Below, in pieces: positions 11,894 through 24,500 of a stretch of DNA of 64,000 bases. The notes below the pieces were generated by a model. The model made no database searches and had not been told where the DNA came from. It was given only the letters and a program-made list of their open reading frames with translations. The first letter of the stretch is position 1. Each line of letters begins with the position of its first letter. The DNA comes from Monocercomonoides exilis PA203. Taxonomy: Eukaryota > Protista > Preaxostyla. A program made the translations under genes and the position numbers. The stretch spans positions 496,001 through 560,000 of the forward strand of contig LSRY02000048.1 of assembly GCA_001643675.2 (NCBI GenBank), read 5' to 3'.

Positions 11894-13282
11894 GGGTACA
11901 AGGGTACGATATGGGAGTTTTCAAAACTCCTTAAAACATATTTATTTGTCATTCATATGGTCACTATTCATCATTATTCATGTTTATAATCATCGGAAAT
12001 GTGTGTGGATGAAAAATAAAAAATATGAAAAAAATAAAAAAAAAATCATTTATGGTTCATAATCTGAAGTTTTTTCTTCTTCTGTCTCGAGCCCTGACGA
12101 TTCTTCCTCAGTTTCTTCATCTCCCAAAATGTCTTCAATTTGAGTGATTTCGGAATCTTCATCTTCAACTTCCTCTTCTGCAAGAACTTCTGCTGGCTTT
12201 TCCACAGCTTTATACTTTACGATCGTAGGTGAAATATCTTGAAATTTATATTTCAAAGATGTTTTTACCAGAAACATAGCTAAATGATCTGCAATCAATG
12301 ATTTTCTCACTCCATACTGAGGAAATGATTTGCGCAATGTTCTTCACAATCCCTCTATCGTATTGGTGCACGCACCCGTAACTGGATCTACAAAATTTCT
12401 TTTGTGGCATACAGTTTTGTGAGTGTAATTGTATTGATCCAAAGTGGAGTATGCTTTCCACTCGTCGCTCATAATTGTTGTCCGGCTTCGAATAGTTTCA
12501 AATATGATGTGAAGAAGAGTTTCCCTCTTTCTGTTAGGCACAACTTTCACAAAACGAGGACCAGCTCCACCTCCCTCCAACCTCTCAACCCCACCAAATA
12601 TCCAAATTTGTTCCTTTCTTCTTCCTCTCTTATATTTTCTTCTCCTCCACACAGCCTCGTCAATTTCAACCACTTTTCCTTCTCCTCCTATTGAGTTTTG
12701 ATGTAAATTCCAAATTTCCATGCAGGAAACTCTAACGACACTGCACCAAAATCCAACAGTTTTCCTATCCACTCCCAGCATTTTCGAAATGAACTTAATA
12801 TTTGCACCTTCCCAATACCACAAAATGATTCTAAAAACCTTCCCCAATCCTAATTTGTTCCCAGAGAAAACTGTTTCATCATATACAGATTTCTTTCTAT
12901 TGCATTTTGAGCAGTACCAATATCTGTAAAACTTTTCACCTTTTAGAACAATCATTTTTCTTCTGCAACGGACACAAATTTTCGCTTCGTTTTTCAAGAC
13001 ATTCTCGTAAAACCACTTCCACGCTCCGTCTTCGTCTGTGAAAACATTATCCAGCTGATGCGGCTTTATTATCTGAAAATCCAGCATTGCCATTTTAATA
13101 TTTCAATTTTGATCACAACCCATAACAACTTGAAATTGACCTTTTTCAAAAAAAATAATTAATTCATAATGATGCATTTCCGATGATTATTAACATGTAT
13201 TATGATGATTAATAATCATATTAATTACAAATAAATATGTTTAAAGAAGTTTTGAAAACTCCCATATCATACCCATATGCCC
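11894..13282 (-). mobile_element. Merlin-superfamily (IS1595/ISXO2-like) DNA transposon, 1389 bp
   Basis: Imperfect ~108-bp TIRs at 11894-12001 (gggtacaagggtacgatatgggagttttcaaaact...) and 13175-13282 (reverse complement gggcatatgggtatgatatgggagttttcaaaact...) flank an ISXO2-type transposase. No intact TSD: the flanks are ccaatttt and agggtttt. Confidence 0.9.
12050..13093 (-). pseudogene. Merlin/ISXO2-like DDE transposase with one in-frame TGA
   Basis: Zn ribbon CVRC...WYCSKC, HTH ISKMLGVDRKTVGFW, then VVEIDE, WIFGGVER, IMSDEWKAY and HKRNFVDPVTGACTNTIEGL*RTLRK. The TGA at 12344-12346 replaces the conserved Trp. The frame continues to 12050 with an acidic tail. Confidence 0.92.
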
Positions 13283-13631
13283 AGGGTTTTCCAATGACAG
13301 TGTTAATATCTTGAAATGATGAGATTCATTGTGAATAAAATTCATCCTGCTTGTGTGAAGAGAAAATTGTTTTAAATGAATGACTCTCTTGAAATATTCG
13401 AAATGTCAAATTTTCAGGAATATAACTCATTCAATTTATTGATAAAATGGAACTTTCTTTTTTGAAAAGCTTTATTGGTTAAAACAACAAATCAAAAAGA
13501 AAAACTTCTGTTTCTATTGAATTTCAGGTCCTTCTTGAAAAGTCTTAATGGAAATATAATTACAGTGAAGCTCAGGAAAAATCGTTCAGATCTATGCAAC
13601 ACGACTTTCCAGTTTTTTGTTGCTGTATGTT

Positions 13632-13635
<4 letters not shown>

Positions 13636-13727
<92 letters not shown>
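13636..13727. repeat. Poly(A) followed by (GA)n microsatellite
   Basis: Seen directly. Confidence 0.95.
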
Positions 13728-13730
<3 letters not shown>

Positions 13731-15097
13731 ATAGATAGATAGAGATAGAGAGAGATAAAAACCAAAGAAAAGGGAAAATATATATATATATTTGGGTCAT
13801 TATTTTTCAAATCATAACTTTGTACGAAGTTTGATCTTTTTTTTATAAATTGTGGAAAGGGATAAATAAGCAATAGGCTTATGTTGAAAATTCAATAAAA
13901 AAGAAACTTGATTGAATAGGATAATAACTATCAAAAAATATTGTTTTCTTCATTTCAACCATTATAACAGTTTTTTTTGCAAATTTTCGAATTTTTTGAT
14001 CATTAAGAATTGCGATGCGATACAGGCACAACTAACGTCAAATGAGTATGGAAGGTTAAGTGTGATTCGATGAAATGACTTTTTAAGTGCTTTGAATTAA
14101 GTTTCATCTGAAAATGAATTAACATTTGTTATTTTGAATTTGATTAGAAATTGCAGTTTATTATAATGTGCATTATTTTTAATAGAACTTTATTAATGAT
14201 ACGAACAGCGTAGATTGATTAAAAGCTATTAAAGAAGTTTTTTAGTGATTTTATGTTAATGGAATCTTATTTGATAGAAAAGAAGTGAAAAATCAAAAAT
14301 CAAAAAGAAAGATAAAGTTATTCAATGATTCCTTTTGAAATATTTTTTCAAAGATTTGGAAGAAGAAGGGATCAGAGAATACAATTTCATATTGGGCTGT
14401 TTCTTTGTTTATGGATCATTTTTTTTTTCTTATTGTTTCAAAACACTGAACATTATTTTGTTTGTTGTTTTGGTTGTTGCTTTTGAAATGATCACGTCAT
14501 TTATCTATTAGAACAATATTCTTTTTATCAAAATTTTCAGAGATTTTGATTATTTTTTTTGAAAAGTTTGATGGAAGAGCTCTCAAAACAAAGCTATAAA
14601 TGTAACACATCACAAAGGCATATGAAATGAATAAGCAATATCAATGACATGAATTTCTCTTGGTAGGTGAACGTGCGAAATGAAGGGGTAAAACCCACAC
14701 ACATAAACAATAAAAACCGTGAGGAAAAACAAACAATCTCATGAAATGTGAGAAAGACATATTCAAATTGTTCTGTTTCATTTAATTTAAAAACAGAAAT
14801 CAAAAATTTGTTTGAGAAATAACTAGTCAGGCAAGCACATCATCCTTCAGCGAACTTTTCCAAATGGAAAATTCAGAAAAGCAGGCGCTAAATTTGACAT
14901 TTTTCAATTGTCAACACTTTCCCCGAACGGATCATCTAATAAAATAACAATTTGACAAGCCATCAGAAAAAATTTTTTCAAATAAGGATTTTCTGCTTAT
15001 CTCTGATCATTCTTGCACTTTATTATGATGTATTTTTGTCAGAACTCATTCTTCCACCACATTTCATTCCTCTTTTCTTTCAGCCTTGCATCTGTTA

Positions 15098-15159
15098 TTT
15101 CTTCTTTTTTACTTTCTTTTTCTTCTTCTTCTCCTCCTCCTCCTCCTTCTTCTTCTTCT

Positions 15160-15190
<31 letters not shown>

Positions 15191-15675
15191 TTCATCCTCC
15201 TCCTTCTTCTTTTCCTTCTTCTTCTTCTTCTTCTGCCTCTTCTTCTTCCTCTTCTTCTTCTTCCTCTTCCTCCTCCTCCTCCTCCTCCTCCTCCTCCTCT
15301 TCTTCTTCTTCTTCTTCTTCTTCTTCCATCTTCTCCTCTGCCTCCACCTCTCCTCTTCATCCTTCTCTTTATTCTCCTCTTTCTCTCAGCCCTCTTTTGG
15401 ATGTTTCTTATTCCATGCCTCTAACACTCGATTCTACCCCTCCTCCTCCTTCTTCCTCTTCCTCTTCTTCTTCTTCTTCTTCTTCTTCTTCTTCTTCTTC
15501 TTTTCCTTCTTCTTCTTCTTCTTCTTCTTCTTCGTCATCATCAACTTTTTCTTCCTCCTCCTCCTCTTCTTCTTCCTCTTCTTCTTCGTCATCATCAACT
15601 TCTTCCTCCTCCTCCTCTTCTTCTTCTTCCTCTTCTTCTTCTTCTTTTTCTTTTTCTTCTTCTTCTTCTTCTTCC
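15098..15675. repeat. Compound (TCT/TCC)n trinucleotide tract
   Basis: Seen directly. It produces spurious poly-S/F/L/E/K/R ORFs and abuts the truncated 3' end of the 15687-17435 ORF. Confidence 0.95.
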
Positions 15676-15686
15676 ATTCCTCAATC

Positions 15687-17435
15687 TCATTCTTTTCTGA
15701 TATATTCAGAAAAGCGCTCCCTTCCTTTCCCAACAACAATAATCTTCTTTGCCCCAATCTCAATTGTTGTTGTCTCGCTTGCGTGATTCCCTTCCATCAG
15801 TGTGACAGACAGGCTCATCTGGATCACGCTCCGAATGACCGCAATACCAATGGTTCGGCATGCACTTGACTCATCCAATCCACATAACTCTTCTTCACCT
15901 CCACCACTCACAGCCACAAATCGATTGAGAATCCCTCTCTTCAGCCAATCCTTTTTCGATGTTTGGTCGTATGTCCAACTACTTCCAGTATAATCATATC
16001 CATAGCACACTCTCTGCTCATCTGTGTTTGTCGTGTAACATTCATAGAACGGATTGTTTGAAGATAAATAAAAATTGTAGCGATCATAATACATCACATC
16101 ATGCCCATAAGGAGGATTGGCTGAGCATTCGCATTCATGGAAGAACAAAAAATAACAATAAATTTTATCATTTGGTGCAGTTGCTTGAACCGGATAAAAA
16201 TACAATCCTCCTCCAGTTGACACAGCCGAACATGAAATAAACTGAATGCTCCTCATTTTGAATTCTGTTGCGGGCACACTTCGACAATACATGCCTCCAC
16301 CTCCATTGTTTGTCAATGAGCATGAGGTGAAACTGCAGTCAAACACACACGCACTCTCCCCTTCTCCACTTTCATTTCCAACACATCCTATTCCAGAAAC
16401 CTGAAAATTTTCGAGATGAAGCCCTCCTCCATAGCCAATTGCTTTGCAATTTTGAAATTCGCATTCGCTAATCCGAACACACGTTGAAATCGTATAAATT
16501 AGTATTCCACCTCCACGATGGCCTTGTGCAGTACACGAATCGAAGGTGTTGTTCACAATCTCAACCGATTTAATATTATAGCAACTAATACCTCCACAGC
16601 ACCAATGCGCAACACATTCATTGAATGCACAATGCGAAACTGAAACAGCGGCCGACGATTGACTGTTCATGCAGATGGCCCCTCCGCTTGACGCTCCATC
16701 AGCCCACGAGTCACTTTCTCCTGTTGTCCTCGATCCGTTCCATTCACGCCAAATGAATGAATTTGTTCCATTATCTGTTGTGTTTTTTCTCCCTGGCCTT
16801 AATGGTTCCTCTGCAGTTCCAGTGCATTCAACATTCCTTGTCCGACAACACCCAATAAATGAGGTGTTTGAGGCAGTCAATGAAGCCAAGGGATTGTTGA
16901 GGGAAGGGACAATCCCGCCATCATATACGTCACAAACTGATGATAATGAGCAGATGTTCATAAGATATGAGGTTTGGATTGATGTAGTCGTTGAAGGTGA
17001 GCATGCTTCATTTGCTGTAGAGATATTGAAAAATGTCAGGTGAGAGAGGGATACAAGGGGTATTGAAGGGGATGAAAGGAATGGGGCTGATGAGACACAA
17101 AAAGAAGAGAAGTGTGATTCGCTCACCGAAGTACTCCCTTCAATGCCTTCTCCATCTCCATATCCATCTCCTTCTCTTCCTCTCCCCCTTTCTCTTTCTC
17201 CTCCTTCTCCTCCTTTTTCTTCACCTCCACCCTTCTCCCCTCCATAGCCCTTCCCTCCAAACAGCCTGCCTGAATAGATCTCTCCCCCTCTTCCCCGCCC
17301 TTTCAATGTGATGTTTGTCAACACCCCAATGCTCCCACTCACATCAAATGCCCCTGCCTCAACATCCTTCCCCATCCCCACAACAAACTTTTCATCTTCT
17401 TCCATTTTTCTCACTCTTCTGCAAATGCTCCTCAA
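15687..17435 (-). CDS. Member (probably a truncated or chimeric copy) of the expanded Cys/Ser-rich GG-repeat family resembling Chlamydia POMP-type right-handed beta-helix proteins
   Basis: 582-aa ORF with repeated SGGAICM, CCGGISC, RGGGILI, YGGGLHL, GGGGMYC and TGGGLYF, each preceded by F..C. It also has the module RFVAVSGGGEEELCGLDESSACRTI and ends abruptly at the microsatellite. Confidence 0.7.
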   Translation of the reverse strand: MRSICRRVRKMEEDEKFVVGMGKDVEAGAFDVSGSIGVLTNITLKGRGRGGEIYSGRLFGGKGYGGEKGGGEEKGGEGGERERGRGREGDGYGDGEGIEGSTSVSESHFSSFCVSSAPFLSSPSIPLVSLSHLTFFNISTANEACSPSTTTSIQTSYLMNICSLSSVCDVYDGGIVPSLNNPLASLTASNTSFIGCCRTRNVECTGTAEEPLRPGRKNTTDNGTNSFIWREWNGSRTTGESDSWADGASSGGAICMNSQSSAAVSVSHCAFNECVAHWCCGGISCYNIKSVEIVNNTFDSCTAQGHRGGGILIYTISTCVRISECEFQNCKAIGYGGGLHLENFQVSGIGCVGNESGEGESACVFDCSFTSCSLTNNGGGGMYCRSVPATEFKMRSIQFISCSAVSTGGGLYFYPVQATAPNDKIYCYFLFFHECECSANPPYGHDVMYYDRYNFYLSSNNPFYECYTTNTDEQRVCYGYDYTGSSWTYDQTSKKDWLKRGILNRFVAVSGGGEEELCGLDESSACRTIGIAVIRSVIQMSLSVTLMEGNHASETTTIEIGAKKIIVVGKGRERFSEYIRKE

Positions 17436-18149
17436 AACATTCGATCTTCAAATTCCTTCTTCCTCCATTTCCTCGCCTTTCATTCCTTTTCAATAAGCTT
17501 TCTTATTAATACCTTCTTCTTCTCAATTATTTATCAAATTCCTTCTTCTGCAATTTCTTCAATTTTCCGCTCTCTCTTTTATCGCTTCCCCTCCCCCTTT
17601 TCAAAATACCTTTTCCATTTTGCAAATCCCTTCTTTTCCATCCATTTCTTATATTTCCCTTTGCTCACTCATCTATGCCCATTCCATTTCCCGTTTTCTG
17701 CCATCTTTCCTGGATCGCCTCAAAATCCATCTTTCCTCATCCCTCGCGCTTTGATCCAATGAAGATATTCTTCCAAAAAGATCCTAATTTCAAATAAAAA
17801 TATATATTAGAAAATTTTAATTAAAAGTTATAACTTTTATTCAAAAAAAATTATGTGTTCATGCCTTTAACAATCTCCATTCTTCATTGTTTCTGTCTTT
17901 CTTCTTTCTTCTTTCTCCTTCTTCAGATTGTTTTTTCTTTCTGCAAAAGCATCCATTTCCCCAATCTCCATCTTCCATCATTCATCCAACAGCTTTGTAT
18001 CTCTTCTGCTCCTCCAAAAAAACATCCCATTTCCATTCTCCTGTTCTGCTTCCAGCTGAATGGCTCCTTCAACTTGCGCTTTCAAAAATAGGCGAGGACG
18101 ACTGAGAAGAGGAAGAAGTTGAGAAGAAGAAGGAGATGATGATGGCTAA

Positions 18150-20500
18150 GAAGGGCAAATCGAAGGAAAAAAATGAAATTGTCAAATTAAGGGGAGTAGA
18201 TAATGGCGAAGATGGCGAAAAAGAACGATAGAAGAAGAAGAAGAGGAATAAGGCGAAGAAGGCGAAGAAGGAAATGATGCAGATGAAGTAGATGAAGTAG
18301 ATGAAGTAGATGAAGTAGATGAAGTAGATGAAGATAAAGAAAACGATGAAGATGAAGGTGTAGAAGAGGCTTTTAAGATCTTTAATGTCGGATATTTTCT
18401 GTCGAAGATGGCTTCAAATAAAAAACCTCGTTCTCTGATTCAATGGATAACCCTTCGATGACATAAGGCTAAGGCGAGTGTTAAAATATTCAAAGTCCAT
18501 TTTGCCAGTAATTTTCCTCCAGCTGTCTGTATTACTCAAAACTGTCTGTTTTTCTCGTATTTTCGCCTCTCAAGCCAAGCAATGAAAAGCAGTTCCATCG
18601 CTCCCCCCGGTCCGTGAAAGCAATGTCTTGCCCTTTTCATCTCAAGAAAAGCGCCTTGCTCTATCCCAACTGCCTCCAATGTCCTGTTTCAGTTATTTGC
18701 CTCAATCTTTCCAACAAAATAGTTTTGTAAATGTCCTCTTCCTCTTTTTAAAAAACGCTCCCTTTTCATAGAGATTGAACATTCTTCCTTTTTAGTCTTG
18801 GACATCTTCCAATCCCGTTGATTTCTGCTCCATCAAAAATCATTTTTCATCGAATTTCTATCCATCGCGCATGTTGAGTCCATAATAAGTCACATAAATA
18901 TTGGTAACAAAATACATTCAGAATCTAATATATTTGTAAGATAACATTTGGCTCTCTTCATTGCTGTTCTCCTCTGCTTAGAATAAATCGTCCATTTTAT
19001 ATAAATTGTCTGAATCACGACTTTGGAGAGGATACGGATGGAAATATCTTCACAATCAACAGAACAATATAAAATACATACATTAAAAATTCTTCATTTC
19101 CATCGAAAATATTGCTGCTCCACGGCCATCCAGCAATCAAAATGAACAATTTCATCTTCCATCGAATAAATATTCTTTTGTAATACCCAACCTATTTACT
19201 GGAAATATTTCACTTGGTCAACCTGTATTTGTTTAAACCTCGGAATCTCACTCCGTTGACAGTTTCTGAGCATTTGGCATTTCTTGATCATTTTCCATAA
19301 CGAATAAGAGTCTCAAAAGAAAAGGAGCACAACTCGATGTGCCGTGGCTGAATGGGCATATGAAGACAATGCGATAACAATAGGATGGATTTATGGTGTG
19401 GGGTGACGGAGTTGTGTTTTTGGAGGAAACAGGGTTTTGAGAGGGAAATGAACGACAAAAAGATTTGTTTTTGAGGGGAGAAAGAGGTATTTTTGTGAAG
19501 ATTTATTGGGAAGATGGATGTATGGGAAATGAACAAGGATGAGGTTGGGAGAGGCTATTTTTTCGATTTTTGTGAGTCGGAAGGAGTTGGAGTTGCGTTT
19601 ATTATTTGAGAAAAGGAATTTGATGTGGAGGAGGTGGGATGAGAAGGGAGACAAGAAGGGCGGAAGATGGGTGGGGTGAATAGAATATATTTATTGGAGG
19701 GGAAGATGAGAGATGGAAAGGAAATGGAGAGATATGTGGAGGAGGTGATATTTTTTTTCAAATGCAGGGAGAGAGAGGGGGTTCATATGGGGCAGGGCAA
19801 GAGGGAGAGCATTTGTGAGTGAGTGTTTGATAAGAAGGAAAAGTGGGGTTGAAGAAAAAAAAAGTGAGAGATATTTATTTAATATTTTAAATTTTTTATT
19901 AATGGATAGTTTGGCCGCGCCTCTCATTTGCAGGGCAAGTGTTGGAGGCAGAGGTGGAGAAAGACAGGAAGAAGGAACATCTGGTGTAACACTTTGCATT
20001 GGAGGTGCGGAGACAGAGGTGCGACAGGGATGGAGCGAGGTGAGGGGCTGACCATGAGAGGGTGTCTTGCAATGGATACAGAAACAAAATTGATAAATTT
20101 AATTTTGATTAGAAGAAAGGTGCTAAGAGAAGAAGTAACAGGGAGTGAAGGAGAAAGGAATTTTGCCATCGTTTGTGGAGGAGATGAAGAATGTGTGGAG
20201 GAGGGGCGTTAATATTTTAGAGGAAATGGAAAGAAGAAGAAGACGTTTTGCGAAAAGAGATGGGAAGGGATTATTCTGATGGAATCTTCTTCTTTACCAG
20301 TTTTTTAATAGAATGGAGTTTGTGGAGGTTATTTGAGTGGAAGCAGAACAGATAATTGAGCTTTTGTTAATATTTAGGAGAAGTGGAAAAGAAGCGTAGA
20401 CAGGACAGATGGAATTTACAGGCAGAAAGGAACGATGTTCACAGAAGAAGAAAGAAAGAAATCTGCGAAAGGTGGTTATTGTGAAAGATATAGGTTTGCA
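18150..20500 (-). pseudogene. Unidentified, heavily decayed coding-like region
   Basis: The minus strand reads as interrupted protein-like text (e.g. RTLEAVGIEQGAFLEMKRARHCFHGPGGAMELLFIAWLERRKY; IGWVLQKNIYSMEDEIVHFDCWMAVEQQYF) with strong purine/pyrimidine strand skew. No family assigned. Confidence 0.3.
18282..18332. repeat. 9-bp tandem repeat (GATGAAGTA) x5-6
   Basis: Seen directly. Confidence 0.9.
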
Positions 20501-21599
20501 TTTTTTAATTAATGTTTTTTATCAAATGTTTTTATTTTTTATTCATTTAGGCTTTTAACAAGAATGTTCAACGATAATGAATGAACAAGGAATATGGTTT
20601 GAGGGGATGTTGGATGCATTAAAATAAATCTGGAGATAATAAATGAAGGGGAGCATCGAGGAATGAGCAGGCGCAAAATATAAATGAAAGGAAAAGAGAA
20701 GAAGATATTTTTATTTGAAAATTTTCTTTTTATTGAAGGCATCCTGGGCAAATGTTATAAAATGAAAAAAGAGAGAGTGTAAAAATTGACGATGCAGCAC
20801 CAGAAGTGGAAGAGGCAAAAGAAGAAGAAGTAGAAGAAAATTCTGAAGCAAAAGCAGAAATTTTCTTTGAAGCGAGCGTTTCTCTGCCGAGCAGTCGATC
20901 TTTTTTTTCGTGTTTTTGAACGGGATTGTTTGGAAGATGATGTGAAGGCGTTTAGTGAGAGGCATTTTTTGAGTGAAGAGAAAAGGAGGAGGATAAAGAG
21001 GTGGTGGAGAATGCATAATGAGGGAGAAGATGAAGAGAGGGAGCAGAGGGAAGAATAGAAGAAAGAAAAAGAGATAAGAAAAAATGCAATATTGTTTGAG
21101 GAAATCATTCAAACAAACCACTTCATCTTTCATCATCTTCTCCTTCTTTTTTTTCACCCCACCCTTCTCCTCTTCCATATCATTTCCCTCCAAACAGCTT
21201 GCCTGAGAAAATCTCTCTCTCTTTTCCCCTCAGCTTCAATTTGATATTCATCAATTATTTTGTTTTCTTGCCAATTATAAATACTTCCACAAACCTGATG
21301 TTTGAAGTTATATCTTTAAAAAAGCCTGTATATGTTCCTTTTTCAAAGCTTTCTGATCATTGAGAAGTCTTACAAAAAATTTCGATATCCAATAAGCTTC
21401 TGATATTCATTATCAGGATCAAAAACAAAAATAAAAAAATGAAAAAGAACAATTCGGATCAATGTGTTTTGTGTACCTGGGAGGAAGTATTCCGTATCCA
21501 AGTCCGAATGATGCAGTAGCTATCTACACCATTTATGAATACAACCTAGTACTGCACCCTTCCGATGAATGCAGTCTGAGCATGCACAGCACATATAAA

Positions 21600-24500
21600 C
21601 TAAGTCTCATTTAACTCAAAAACAGAATTCTCTTTATTCAATGAACATTTAAAAACTGAAAAATCTTTCAAAAGGCGACATCGCCTGTTTATTAAATTAA
21701 ACGATTGTTGGGATAGTGAAGATGAAGCTAAGTCATTGTTGACGACATTTTTGCTTTTGTGATCTTTGATTTTTTCTTTTTGTGAAGTCGATCCAATTTC
21801 AATTAATGATCGTTGCGGCAGATAGCCAACTGCTGATGCACCAATGAATTTCCCTTTCTTCTCAAAATATAAATAATCTTTCATATGAAAGATTTGCAAC
21901 GAAGGCCAAGATGAACGCTGTTTTGGAACATATTTTTCGAAATATCTGTTATGAACATAATACTCAATATGCTTATTTTGAATTGAAGATTGAAGATTTG
22001 ATAGTTCTGAAGCAAAAGGAAACAACGTTTTGTGAATACTTGTTGAAGATGAACTAAATTGAACTGAAAAGAAATCAATCAAATCTTGAAGTGATTGAAT
22101 TGCTTTCGATGGAAGATTATTGTTGACTGCGTTCACCAGGGTTCCAAACTCCGAATCACAATAATTTTTACCGTGATGCTCCCCAAAAAAGCTGAGTTCG
22201 CATTTTTTGTGATGAAAAAGTGGTGTTGAATGAGAAAGAATGAAATGCAAAACGAAACGATTGCGATTATGAGCTCCTGAATCGCAGAAGAATTTGAATG
22301 TTTGAATGTGTTTGAAAAGCGGTCTTTCCAAAACAGATTGAAGACATTCAATAACGAACTGATGATCGTTTGACAGAGAATCAGAAAAGAAATTGAATGT
22401 GTTTTTTTGGAATTTGTTATCCTGAAGATGAAATGTAATGATTGTAAATTGAGATATTTGTGTGTAGTTGTAGAATTCTTTCTGGAGTTGAACATTGCAA
22501 AGAGGAAGTTTCCACTTTTCCTTAAAATCGAAAAGGCAAACAAGTTCTTTTTCAGAAAGCGAAGATACAGTTTTATTGAAATGAATGCGCTGCCATTCGG
22601 ATGTTTTCTTGTGAATGTTCAATGCAGCAAGTTGCTCCATATCTTTTTTTGAAAGATTTGCATTAGGTGGTAACGATTTACGTTTGTTTTCCAAATAATT
22701 CAGTCTTTGGCAAAGGTCGCACACATCTGTTCGTTTTTTGGGTTTTGAAAACTGTGTAGTGAGTCTGTAAAAGTATGAAAGTGACACGTTAATGTTTGTT
22801 TCTTTAGTAAAATCCTCCCATAATTTGGTTTTAGGTTTCGAAATAAGTCTCTTTTCGAAAGGAGAAAATACTCTAACTTTTTGTTTGCTTCTTATGAGAT
22901 GATCATGGAGTGAAATACATTTGGGAAGCAAATTGAACGTGGGTTCTGCAAATGTTTGTTTGTTAATGGAATTAGTTGAATACGAATTGTTTGGTGAATA
23001 AGAAGAAATGGCATGAATTGATTGAGATTTGGGCAACATTCCTCCCCTTATCTGTTCACTTCCGTGCACATCACTGTATTTTTTCGTATAGAAGGATAGA
23101 GATGATCTGTAACCTTTTTGAAAAAGAGAACAAAATGTGCTGTTGAGATTTCTTTCATTTATTGATTGAGTATATGAATCATTACACAAAAACCACAAAC
23201 TTTCATTCGATCTGCATCCTTTCACAATGGAAATGTAATGACCATGAGATTCATCAATGTTTTTAAATAGAACTTGTCCCACGAGTTGATATGAAGGACA
23301 TTCATGTGAGTCTTCAAATGACTGAAGGAATTCTGATTTTGTACTTGAAACTGTAACCTTTTGGTGAATTTCACTTGATGCAAACGAAATATTCAAAGGT
23401 GGTGGAGAAAAGAATGGATTTTTTGTTTCATGAGACATTGCTAAAACGTTTGGAAATGAAGTGATTCTGATCCAACGAGAAGCTTGATTCATTTCGAAAC
23501 ATGCTTTGCATTTGACTTTGTTTGAGAATGATAATTTTTCATAACAAAACAAACTGTTTAGTCCATCAATGACAGAAGAACTGTTGATTATAAGGCTGCT
23601 CGCATCAAAATCGATCTTCTTAGAAGTGCTGCCACAGAATTCACATTTGGTATACCTTATTATTGCAGGTGAAACATCTTTGTTTGATATTTGATTGTCA
23701 CTTTTGAATAAATTCATCAGTTGTTCATAAGCCACTGAAACATTCTGCTGTTCCCTTTTACCAAGATCAAGAAAACTATCCCATGAATCGATGAGTTCAT
23801 TATTCCAAGTCATAATTGGTTTCTTGTCATTGGCCAGTTCATCGCAAACATTGTTTAACAGATTTGACAGTTTATTTCCATCATTGTTTCGAATAATAAT
23901 AGTTTTTTGTTGCATTAACACAGACGTCCAACATTGTAAGATTGATGACAAATAGCACGTGTTTCCCAAGTTTTGTAAACCATTCCTTGAGAATTGTCTC
24001 AATTGTATATTATTGTTTGTAAAATCGTGAATCTTGGATGTCCCTTCAATTTGTTCAGAAATGTTAACAGAAATCGGAGGAATCAAAGAAGGAGATGGAA
24101 AATCACGAATTATATTTTGATCGCATTGCTTTATTGAGTTGTTATTATTGTTCTCTTTTTTGCTTGTTTGATTCCTGTGATCCTTTATTACCTTATTGAA
24201 ATTTTGATTCTTGTTTTGAGTTCTGTTCACCTCATTATATGCAGCATTTGGGAACGAATGAAATTTTGTTGTAAGATTCCTTTGAAGATTGTTATTTTGT
24301 AATTCTTTTGTATTATTTCTCTGAACAGAAATAATATCGTTCCAAGGTGATTCATCAATAAACTTTTCATAATCTTTTGGGACCTTTTTGATTTGCTTTG
24401 TTTTTGAAGAAGTTGAAATTTCTGTGGAGTGATTTATCATCCAGCTATTTCCTTTATTCCACTCTTCTTCATTTAGACCTTTTGAACCAATAAATAAATA

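Noticed and set aside
12344-12346. TGA at a conserved Trp (and an in-frame TGA at 56818) suggesting TGA recoding or an alternative genetic code
   Set aside because: The long ORFs translate with many ordinary TGG Trp codons. VPS18 and the serine protease end on TGA, and XPO7, COMMD2 and ZC3H15 end on TAA. The 56818 TGA lies at a probable Arg position. Point nonsense mutations are the simpler explanation.
14952-15869. Long poly-F/S/L/E/K/R ORFs in several frames
   Set aside because: These are artefacts of the stop-free TCT/TCC microsatellite.
21560-21590. ccgatga...atgc/gcat stem resembling a hammerhead core
   Set aside because: It lacks the CUGAUGA and GAAA consensus, and stems I and III cannot be built.
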